From the IMG/VR virus record IMGVR_UViG_3300013111_000391, positions 1 to 60,133 of that record: 60,133 nt of DNA; one strand, given 5' to 3'. The notes beneath the pieces were generated by a model. The model worked only from the letters and a program-made list of their open reading frames with translations, was not told the DNA's origin and did no database searches. Of this stretch, positions 49,260 to 57,831 are shown piece after piece. Within the stretch, counting starts at the first letter, position 1. Every line of letters starts with the position of its first letter. The DNA is from a virus (taxonomy: Duplodnaviria; Caudoviricetes). A program made the translations under genes and the position numbers.

Positions 49260-50452
49260 ACAACAAAGTTTTTTGTGCCCTTCCTTTTACATATGTCTAT
49301 GTTGATTCTCTCAACGAATATAAGTTATGTAGTGATGCGAGATTAAGTTCAAAAATCAATACAAATGATAAATCTATTTTAGAATATTTTAATTCGGAAT
49401 ATCTAAATGAAATTAGATTTGATATGATAAGAGGTGAATTAACAGAAAAAATACGAGGCACATGTATTCATTGTATAGAACGTGAAGAACTAAATTCTTG
49501 GTCGAGAAGAGAAACAAAAATAAATAAAAACATTATTAAACAATTTAAAAATAATAAATTTTTAAGACCAACTTCTGATACAATAAAATTGAAATTTGGC
49601 AATCTTTGTAATTTGAAATGTTTGACATGTGGTCCTTATTCATCTTCTAGATGGGCACAAGAAAGAAATGACAAAAAAGAAATGACGGTTTTTAAAGAAT
49701 TGAAAGATAGTATTAGTAAAGCAAGTTTTGAGAAATATGGTAAATTATATCAAGAATCATTCGATTATGAATTTGTACTGGATATGAATTCGATTACATA
49801 TAATTTTAATGAAAAATTTTATAAGGAGTTAATAACATTAATTCCTAATATAAGGCGCATAATTATTTCTGGTGGAGAACCTTTTATCAATGATGAATTT
49901 TATGAGTTTATTCAATGGATAATAAAAAATAGATTTGCTGAACGTATACATCTTGTCGTTTTTTCTAATATGTCAAAACTTGTGAAAAATTTTAGAGCAA
50001 TTTATGACAAATTTCAGTCTTTTACTATCAATGTATCTTTAGATGGTGTTTTTAAAAAAGATGAGTATATACGAAGAGGAACTAATTTTGTAGAAAAAAC
50101 AAAAAATATCGAGCAATTAATTTCGTTTTTTAATCTTGAATTTTGTTCAACAATGTCTATTTTAAACGTCGGATATCAATCTGAAATAACAAATTTTTGT
50201 CTAAAATATAGAAAGAAACCTAGTTTTTTTAATGTTTTAGTTGAGCCATTTTATCTTCAAATAAATAATTTACCAAATGATATTGTAGAAATTTATAAAG
50301 AAAGAAATGAAACTCATAGATTGTTCGATTCAAGTTTAAAAGAACATGAACATTTCAAATTAGGTATAAAATACTTAAAAAAATATGATATTATTCACAA
50401 TACAAATTTATTAGAAGAGTGGCCAGAATTTGAAAGATACTATAATGATTGA
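49250..50452 (+). CDS. Radical SAM protein, class A
   Basis: FCALPF..LC..CIHC, CNLKCLTC and GGEP motifs. Confidence 0.9.
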   Translation: MEIDNKVFCALPFTYVYVDSLNEYKLCSDARLSSKINTNDKSILEYFNSEYLNEIRFDMIRGELTEKIRGTCIHCIEREELNSWSRRETKINKNIIKQFKNNKFLRPTSDTIKLKFGNLCNLKCLTCGPYSSSRWAQERNDKKEMTVFKELKDSISKASFEKYGKLYQESFDYEFVLDMNSITYNFNEKFYKELITLIPNIRRIIISGGEPFINDEFYEFIQWIIKNRFAERIHLVVFSNMSKLVKNFRAIYDKFQSFTINVSLDGVFKKDEYIRRGTNFVEKTKNIEQLISFFNLEFCSTMSILNVGYQSEITNFCLKYRKKPSFFNVLVEPFYLQINNLPNDIVEIYKERNETHRLFDSSLKEHEHFKLGIKYLKKYDIIHNTNLLEEWPEFERYYND

Positions 50453-51758
50453 ACCTTCGAAAGACAATACGTTTTGTTATTATCCATTTTATGCTATAGT
50501 TTTTAAATTGTATGACAAAAATGATTTAAAAGCGGTTGCTCCTTGTTGTATGATGCATGACACTCGTGATAAGCAAACAGAGGAGTTTCATTCAATCTTA
50601 ACAAAGAACGAATTAAAAGGGTTGTCTCCACAAGAAATATTTCATCATGAAAAATTCAACAAATTGCGTAGCAATTTGTTGAATAATATAAGAGATGAAA
50701 GATGTTCAACTTGTTGGAATTTAGAAGACAAAGGTATAATGTCTCATAGACTTTATACTAGATGGCAATTCCCTGAAAAATTTAATACAGATTTAAAAGA
50801 AGTTGACATATCTTTATCCAATAAATGCAATTTAGCATGTAGAATGTGCAATACAGGATCTTCACATCAAATATGGGAAGATGTAGACAAACTTAAAAAA
50901 AATAATAAAATGTCTTTATTTGATGATGCTTCAAATAATTCAATTAAATCTCACAATTTACCTCAAAATGTAAAAAACAACCACCTTATAAAATGGATTT
51001 ATAATAATACGGATAAAATTAAAGTATTTAAAGCATCAGGAGGTGAACCCTTATATGATAATAATATTCTAAATCTTTTAAGAAAATTTGTAAAAGACGG
51101 TAATAGTAAAGACACAGAGTTGGTTTTGCATACAAATGCAATGTTAATTACAGATGAAATAATAGATTTGATGAATCAATTTAGAATACAAAGACATTCT
51201 TTTAGTATTGATGGGGTTGATTCGATATATGATTATATAAGACATAACGCAAATTTTACTATGTTGGAAAAAAACATAAAAAAATGGTTTAAGAAATCTA
51301 CTAATGTTTATGCTTTAAATATTAATCTTGTATTATCCGCCTTAAATATCGGTAATGTTGTTGATTTTTTAGAATGGACATCTTTGATGTTTCATGATAA
51401 GATACGTTGTAATATTTTTATGTCGGAAGTGAGACCTCATGGTAGAGGTATAGATATTGCAAACCTACCAAATGATTATTTAATGAAAGTCAAAAAAGAT
51501 ATTACAGAGTTTCAAACTAAATTTGAAACATTCAGAACTAAAAAATATGATTATATGCATAAAGGTAATTATTTTCATTATGAAATTGACAAAGTGATTT
51601 CATTAATAGACCATTCCCTCAATTATAAAAATAAAAATATAAAAAACTTATATAATGAAATAGCACTTTTGGATGAAACCAGAAATCAAACTTATAAAGA
51701 TTTTTTGAATTCAGATTTGATAGATATTTTAGATGATTATGGACGAACGATCAATTAA
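50445..51758 (+). CDS. Radical SAM protein, class A
   Basis: FCYYPF..PCC..CSTC, CNLACRMC and GGEP motifs. Confidence 0.9.
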   Translation: MIEPSKDNTFCYYPFYAIVFKLYDKNDLKAVAPCCMMHDTRDKQTEEFHSILTKNELKGLSPQEIFHHEKFNKLRSNLLNNIRDERCSTCWNLEDKGIMSHRLYTRWQFPEKFNTDLKEVDISLSNKCNLACRMCNTGSSHQIWEDVDKLKKNNKMSLFDDASNNSIKSHNLPQNVKNNHLIKWIYNNTDKIKVFKASGGEPLYDNNILNLLRKFVKDGNSKDTELVLHTNAMLITDEIIDLMNQFRIQRHSFSIDGVDSIYDYIRHNANFTMLEKNIKKWFKKSTNVYALNINLVLSALNIGNVVDFLEWTSLMFHDKIRCNIFMSEVRPHGRGIDIANLPNDYLMKVKKDITEFQTKFETFRTKKYDYMHKGNYFHYEIDKVISLIDHSLNYKNKNIKNLYNEIALLDETRNQTYKDFLNSDLIDILDDYGRTIN

Positions 51759-52692
51759 AAAAATTATAGAAGATTATACTTTAAGAGAGTTACAGCAATA
51801 TTCATCTTTAATACTATTTAATTTTGATGCTACAAATAATTTTATTAAACAATTTAAAGCAGATCATAACAGTCTCCAGTTTTATAAAAATGTCATTTTT
51901 TGGTATATAAAAAAATATAATGCCTTTCCAGAAAATATTTTGACATTTGATTTTCCTTTAAATGATGGTGGTTTGGGGGATAGATTTATTATGACTACTA
52001 TTCTTTTGTACACCATTAATTCTTTTGGACATGCAATAGATGTTCAAATTAATTTATATACTAAACCAAATCCAAACTCGCAGGTAAAAAAAGAGTTAAT
52101 ATTATCTGCCAATAATTTTTATGACGTTATCGAATTTTTTAATTGTAAACCAATCAAACATAAAATAATAACTAACAAAAAAAATAATTATAAACGGTTT
52201 GAAGAATGTGATAGAAATAATTTTTATAAAAATAAAATCTATTTAAAATCTCATGATCAATTTTGGGAAGATGGTAAATATTGGCCGATAAATTTTGAAC
52301 CAAAAACTAAAACGATAATTACATTTATGTTCTATATGATTAATGATGATGGGTCTTTTGTTGAACATAATGCTGATGAATACACATCAATAACTTTTGA
52401 AATGCTGAAAAAGTTTGAAAAGGCTAAAAGTAAATTTTCAAACCTAACTTTTGTAAGATTGGAGGATGTAAATTATGAAAGAAATGTTGAGTTATTATCA
52501 AGAAGTCATTTTTTTATATCATCGGAAGGTATGTGGACACACCTATCAAGAGCAATGAAAATTGATACGATAGCATTTACAAAACTAGAAGAATTCAAAA
52601 ATGAATTTAATAATCAAGGACATTTTTGCTCTGGTAATTTTGATGATTGTTTAAATGTCTTAAAAACAAAATGTATAAATCTACTGAAATAA
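51733..52692 (+). CDS. Hypothetical protein (possible GT-B-like fold)
   Basis: GLGD and FI.SEG...HL..A motifs loosely resemble GT9-type enzymes. Confidence 0.45.
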   Translation: MIMDERSIKKIIEDYTLRELQQYSSLILFNFDATNNFIKQFKADHNSLQFYKNVIFWYIKKYNAFPENILTFDFPLNDGGLGDRFIMTTILLYTINSFGHAIDVQINLYTKPNPNSQVKKELILSANNFYDVIEFFNCKPIKHKIITNKKNNYKRFEECDRNNFYKNKIYLKSHDQFWEDGKYWPINFEPKTKTIITFMFYMINDDGSFVEHNADEYTSITFEMLKKFEKAKSKFSNLTFVRLEDVNYERNVELLSRSHFFISSEGMWTHLSRAMKIDTIAFTKLEEFKNEFNNQGHFCSGNFDDCLNVLKTKCINLLK

Positions 52693-53714
52693 CTCACGTT
52701 CATTTTGAACCAACTCAGAGGTGTCAAGCATTATGTCCGATGTGTGATAGAACAAATAATCCTCACATCAAAAATGCTGAACTTTCCTTAGATCAATTCA
52801 AGCAAATAATAGATTCTGATTTTGCAAAGCAATTAAATAGTTTTCTCATGTGCGGAAATCATGGTGATCCTATGGTTGCAAAAGATACGCTTGACATGTA
52901 TGAATGGTTAAGATATAATAATTCTGATCTCTATCTACATATGACAACAAATGGAGGTGGTCGATCAAATGATTGGTGGAAAAATCTTGCAAAAATTTTT
53001 GGAAAAAACGGTAAGGTTACTTTTTCAGTTGATGGACTTGAAGATACAAATCATCTATATAGAGTTAATGTTGATTGGAAAAGAGTTGAAAATTCAATGG
53101 ACGTTTATACACAAGCAGGAGGAAAAGGTCTTTGGGTTTTTTTAATATTCGAACATAATGAACATCAAGTAGAAGAAGCAGAACGTATGGCAAAACTATT
53201 TGGTCTTGAATTTATAAAGAAAAAAACAGGCAGATGGGTACAATCATACAAAGGAAATAAAATAGACAAAAAGGAAACATCTAAAGGTAATGAGATTAAA
53301 CCACCGAGCAAAAAAGAATATCAGAACAAGAGTGTAAATGATTACGAAAAGTTAATAAACAACCATGGAGATTTTAATTCATATCTTGATGCTACAGAAA
53401 TAGTATGTAAATCCTTACAAACGAGAGAAATATATATTTCAGCAGAAGGATTAGTAACTCCTTGTTGTTGGACGGCTGGTAAACTTTACAAATCTTATGA
53501 ACGTTTGGGACAAAATCAAATGTGGTCATATCTCAATAATGAGTTACAAACTATTAATGCCTTACATAATCCTTTGCGAAAAATTATAGAGGGAAGTTTT
53601 TTTCAAAATATAGAAAAATCATGGAATATTTCAAGTTGTTCGAATGGTAAATCAAAAGTTTGTGCAGAAAAATGTGGAACAGGATTTGATGCATTTGGTG
53701 ATCAATGGAGATAA
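52671..53714 (+). CDS. Radical SAM protein, class B with C-terminal SPASM
   Basis: CQALCPMC, CGNHGDP, FSVDGL.DTN..YR and PCCW...C...C motifs. Confidence 0.92.
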   Translation: MYKSTEITHVHFEPTQRCQALCPMCDRTNNPHIKNAELSLDQFKQIIDSDFAKQLNSFLMCGNHGDPMVAKDTLDMYEWLRYNNSDLYLHMTTNGGGRSNDWWKNLAKIFGKNGKVTFSVDGLEDTNHLYRVNVDWKRVENSMDVYTQAGGKGLWVFLIFEHNEHQVEEAERMAKLFGLEFIKKKTGRWVQSYKGNKIDKKETSKGNEIKPPSKKEYQNKSVNDYEKLINNHGDFNSYLDATEIVCKSLQTREIYISAEGLVTPCCWTAGKLYKSYERLGQNQMWSYLNNELQTINALHNPLRKIIEGSFFQNIEKSWNISSCSNGKSKVCAEKCGTGFDAFGDQWR

Positions 53715-53715
53715 A

Positions 53716-54618
53716 ATGTCAATACATTTATATTCAGATAGTTTTGGTGAATGCACTTGGGAAAAAGGTCATTGGCCATTTGAATTAGCAAAAATGCAAA
53801 AACAAAAATTGCTTAGTAATGGTGCAGGTGGAACAGGACCTAATTGGAGTTTAAAAAAATTAATTCGTGACTACGAGAGCAACAAAATAAGAAAGTTTGA
53901 TACTGTTATTGTATTGCTTTCCGATCAAAAAAGAATGGAATTTCCATGGTTAGAACACGAGGGTGTATCGGCAGATGGTATGTTTCTATTAGCAGAAGAA
54001 ATACGAAAAGATTCGCAATTACACATCCAGTTAAAAGGCGGAGAAATAACCAAAGACTCTTCTGATGAAGAAATACAAGAACATTTCAATCTCTTGCATC
54101 CACTCTTTAACAACATAGTTCAAGTAGTCATCGACGATAAAACAAGATTTTTTAAACATGAGAATGAAATAAAAACAGTCGCAAATACTCTCGGTCCAAT
54201 GTTTCTTTATGAAAACGTAAAAAATATAACATTTTTACACTTATTGTCTAAACAAAATAAAAAAATAAAATTTCTTGTATTTACCTGTTTTAGTTTAAAT
54301 CATTATACGTCAAAGTGTAAAAATTTCAATATAGAATCTACAGGATTATTAGATAAACTGGATTTTGAAAATTTGAATTCGCCTAATTTTTATTATGTGA
54401 GAACTCCAATATCTTTTATGGTAGGAATAATAAGGACGAAGGCAGCATTATATAATCATATGACCGAAAAACAAAATATAAATTTTGCTAAATTTTGTAA
54501 TGATATTTTAAATAATGATGATCCAGACACAAGTTGGTTTGCATATGAATATTATGATGATCCTTTTGCTGAAGATTTTGGTGATGAACCGCCTCCTCCT
54601 ACTTTTATCTATGAGTAA
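53716..54618 (+). CDS. SGNH/GDSL-like protein
   Basis: YSDSF, N.A.GTGP and NH motifs. Ends in FIYE. ggag RBS. Confidence 0.5.
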   Translation: MSIHLYSDSFGECTWEKGHWPFELAKMQKQKLLSNGAGGTGPNWSLKKLIRDYESNKIRKFDTVIVLLSDQKRMEFPWLEHEGVSADGMFLLAEEIRKDSQLHIQLKGGEITKDSSDEEIQEHFNLLHPLFNNIVQVVIDDKTRFFKHENEIKTVANTLGPMFLYENVKNITFLHLLSKQNKKIKFLVFTCFSLNHYTSKCKNFNIESTGLLDKLDFENLNSPNFYYVRTPISFMVGIIRTKAALYNHMTEKQNINFAKFCNDILNNDDPDTSWFAYEYYDDPFAEDFGDEPPPPTFIYE

Positions 54619-55386
54619 AATTAAATGACAATTTTTATTTTTGGAGATAGTTTTTCATGTCGATATGACGATTGTTATTATGATGGTGAGATAGATGATT
54701 TGTGGTATGATATTGTAATGAGAGAGATGAGAGAAAATGTTGTCAATACATCAGAAGGCGGAAAAGGCCCATATTCATCATTTAAATTTTTTTATGAACA
54801 TGTTGAACAAAATAATATAAAAGAGGGTGATAAAATTATTTTTATGTTATCTTCTCAATATAGATTACCGTTTAAATTCTTGGATGATAAAGATTTAGGA
54901 TATGATTATATAGATTATTTTTTGAATAATGAATTGATATTTCCAAAAGAAATAGAATTGTATATTGAGAATTTTTCTTACGATATCATATCAACATATG
55001 ACACCCTCAAAGAGGAAATAGATAGGGCAAATATAAAAAACTTATATTTTTTAAAAACATTTTCAAATTTAAAAAAAATAAAAACAATTTGTTTTCGTTG
55101 TTTCGAATATAAAAAATATGATCATTATGAATTATCGAGTCTTAATGATGATTATTTCAATCTCAATTCAAATATTTTATGGAATGTATCTTTATGTGAA
55201 AATGAGTTGAGGCATAATTCGGATACAATGAATAATCAAAGAGCAAATCATTTATCGTATTGTAATCATAAAATATTGTCGAATATTATTTTAAATTTTT
55301 TTAGTAATAGATCTCTTTTGGAAGAATTTCATAAAAATATTTTTAAAAAACAAAAATCAAAAGAACAGTTTATCTATGAGTAAAAT
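54604..55386 (+). repeat. 18-bp exact direct repeat TTTATCTATGAGTAAAAT flanking gene 54625..55383
   Basis: Copies at 54604-54621 and 55369-55386. Confidence 0.8.
54625..55383 (+). CDS. SGNH/GDSL-like protein
   Basis: IFGDSF, N.S.GG.G and RANHLS..NH motifs. Ends in FIYE. Confidence 0.55.
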   Translation: MTIFIFGDSFSCRYDDCYYDGEIDDLWYDIVMREMRENVVNTSEGGKGPYSSFKFFYEHVEQNNIKEGDKIIFMLSSQYRLPFKFLDDKDLGYDYIDYFLNNELIFPKEIELYIENFSYDIISTYDTLKEEIDRANIKNLYFLKTFSNLKKIKTICFRCFEYKKYDHYELSSLNDDYFNLNSNILWNVSLCENELRHNSDTMNNQRANHLSYCNHKILSNIILNFFSNRSLLEEFHKNIFKKQKSKEQFIYE

Positions 55387-56101
55387 AAAAATTAATTGTC
55401 TTAAATGGGGCTCTCTTTATGGGCCCGAATATGTGAATAGATCATATGGTGGATTGTTACGTCATTGTAGAGTACCATTTCTTTTTACGTGTTACACGGA
55501 TAATTCAGACGGTATAAATTCAAATATTGAGGTTAGGGATATTCAAGAATTAAGACCTTATGATACAAAAAGAGTATTTACATATGAAAAATTAATGTTA
55601 ATTGACAAAGATGAATATGATAAAAATTTGTGGATAGATTTAGATTTATTAGTACATGATGATATGACCGAAGTTATCACGAGACCTCACAATAATATAA
55701 CTTTCATATGGAATTATTGGAATGATTACGAAAGATTGAGTTTGTTTAATTTTGGTCGTGGTGTATCTTGCCATACAAACTCATCGTTTGTTGCTTGGGA
55801 TAAAGGCACTGCAACATGGCTTTTAGATTATACTCATAAACATTGGGAAAAAATTGAATGGACTTATAAAAGTTTAGACAAATATTTGTTTTATCAGCAT
55901 TTTAGAAAAAACAAATTAAATTTGTGGGAAGATGGAATATTCTCAAATTTCAACAAGCAGGGATATGAACTGAGAAATAAGGCAACTCTTTTTAATACAT
56001 CTCATTTGTATAATAATAAAAATATGCATGATGTTAAACATTTTGAATTGCATGAATCATCAGCAAAGGATCTATGGATAAGTTACTCGAATGGATTATA
56101 A
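55376..56101 (+). CDS. Glycosyltransferase-like protein (GT-A, DxD)
   Basis: CLKWG..YGPEYVN, CYTD, IDLD and NSS motifs. Confidence 0.7.
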   Translation: MSKIKINCLKWGSLYGPEYVNRSYGGLLRHCRVPFLFTCYTDNSDGINSNIEVRDIQELRPYDTKRVFTYEKLMLIDKDEYDKNLWIDLDLLVHDDMTEVITRPHNNITFIWNYWNDYERLSLFNFGRGVSCHTNSSFVAWDKGTATWLLDYTHKHWEKIEWTYKSLDKYLFYQHFRKNKLNLWEDGIFSNFNKQGYELRNKATLFNTSHLYNNKNMHDVKHFELHESSAKDLWISYSNGL

Positions 56102-56496
56102 ATCATGATGAGGTTACACTTCTCTGTTGCCCTAGTTTTTTGTTATTAAAAAAAATAAGAGGGCTAGGTATTGACGTAGAGTGTATTAATTATGATATAA
56201 ATTTTAGAGATATACCTACAATCACATGTAAAGACTTTGTATTTGATGATGTGACATTTTCAAAAGATTGTGTAGTGAATTATAATTGTGAAAAAACTTT
56301 CCCTGTTGGTAAAATGAAAAAAGGTTTGACATTAATTCTAAAAGGTGATGATAAAGAGCATAATGGAGATTGTAATCCAATAAAATCTGTTGAACAATTA
56401 ATAGAACAGAATAATATAACAAACGTTTTTGACTCGTTTATTGTTCCGAGTAGAAATAAAAAATATAATCAATATTGCGTTTATGGATCAAATTAA
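56074..56496 (+). CDS. Hypothetical protein, degenerate methyltransferase-like
   Basis: VVNYNCE and NPIKSVEQLIEQN mirror VINTSSE and NCVNNVEELIDKN of the next gene. Confidence 0.5.
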   Translation: MDKLLEWIINHDEVTLLCCPSFLLLKKIRGLGIDVECINYDINFRDIPTITCKDFVFDDVTFSKDCVVNYNCEKTFPVGKMKKGLTLILKGDDKEHNGDCNPIKSVEQLIEQNNITNVFDSFIVPSRNKKYNQYCVYGSN

Positions 56497-57277
56497 AAAT
56501 TGGCGTCAGAATAAAAATAAAATCAGTGATCATAAAATTAAAATAGGAGAATTGAATGGGGTCATTGGTGAACATAACATCGAAATCGGATTAATCCGTG
56601 ATAAAATTGGTCAAGTTAGGGATGAAATAGGTGTTGAGAAAGAACATATTTCAATTTGTGAGAACAAAAATAGAGAGACACCATATTATTGGGTAAGTCA
56701 GTGGGTTAATAATAATATACCATCTTATTATCAAAGTTTTGAGGATTCTGTTTCACAAGGGCAATATGATTCAAAACTTTGGCTAATAAAAAAATTAAAA
56801 AATATCAAATTATACACTGATGAAGTACACATCGATATTATAGGATCATGGTTTGGGTTTCCATTAATAGAGTTGTTATCTGGTATTTTTAAGATAAAAC
56901 AAATTGATTTGTATGACATAGATGAGAATTGTCATAAAGTGGTTGCTCAATATATAAATCATTTCGATCCTGCTTTTAAAATTGCTCAATATGGAGATTA
57001 TTTTGAAAGAACTGATTTACGTAGAAGGCATATTGTCATTAATACTTCTTCCGAACATATGTCGGATATTGTGTCGATGAGAAAATATTATAAAGATTAT
57101 CCTGATTCTCCTATTTTAGCAATACAATCAAATAATTATTTTACGTTAGACGATCATATTAATTGCGTAAATAATGTTGAAGAATTGATTGATAAAAATC
57201 ATATTAATCGAGTATTATATAAAGGCACTCAAAAGTTGCCGTTATACGATAGATACATGGTTATAGGGCAATGGTAG
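56483..57277 (+). CDS. Class I SAM-dependent methyltransferase-like protein with N-terminal coiled coil
   Basis: SK.WL, IIGSWFG (motif I), YDID, INTSSEHM and QSNNY motifs. Confidence 0.7.
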   Translation: MDQIKNWRQNKNKISDHKIKIGELNGVIGEHNIEIGLIRDKIGQVRDEIGVEKEHISICENKNRETPYYWVSQWVNNNIPSYYQSFEDSVSQGQYDSKLWLIKKLKNIKLYTDEVHIDIIGSWFGFPLIELLSGIFKIKQIDLYDIDENCHKVVAQYINHFDPAFKIAQYGDYFERTDLRRRHIVINTSSEHMSDIVSMRKYYKDYPDSPILAIQSNNYFTLDDHINCVNNVEELIDKNHINRVLYKGTQKLPLYDRYMVIGQW

Positions 57278-57831
57278 ATTTTGTTTTTGTGCGAACAGGC
57301 GACAAATATGAAGAGTGGTATGAAAAAAATTTAATTTACATGGCAGAGAAGTTTGGTAAATTAAAAATTGATAATATCATTGCCATAAGAGAGGGTGAAG
57401 GTGCAGTATACGATAAATTAAAAATGTTTGATATCTGCACGGAGAATAAATTTTATATTTATTTTGATTTGGATGTTGTTATAAAAGGTGATGTCAATCA
57501 TCTTATACGTGATAATTTTACAACTTTATATGCTTGGTGGAGAGACAGATTACACACACCTTTCAACTCATCAATTATGTCATGGTATGGGGATCATTCT
57601 TATATTTACGATGATTTTTATAATGATGAAGATTATAGCAGAGTGAAATACTGGAGAGGTATTGACGAATATCTTTATAATGAATGTGAAGTACAATTGT
57701 ATGAAAGAACCTGTTGGTCATTCATGTATTCTACTGAAATAATGCATTATCCAGTTTGTTTATTTAATCATAATTTTCACACTATGATGAGAAAGATACC
57801 ATGGACACAAGAGTATTTGCTATTAGAATAG
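57271..57831 (+). CDS. Glycosyltransferase-like protein (GT-A, DxD)
   Basis: VRTGDKY...Y, KL.MF, YFDLDVVI and NSS.M.W motifs. Confidence 0.7.
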   Translation: MVDFVFVRTGDKYEEWYEKNLIYMAEKFGKLKIDNIIAIREGEGAVYDKLKMFDICTENKFYIYFDLDVVIKGDVNHLIRDNFTTLYAWWRDRLHTPFNSSIMSWYGDHSYIYDDFYNDEDYSRVKYWRGIDEYLYNECEVQLYERTCWSFMYSTEIMHYPVCLFNHNFHTMMRKIPWTQEYLLLE

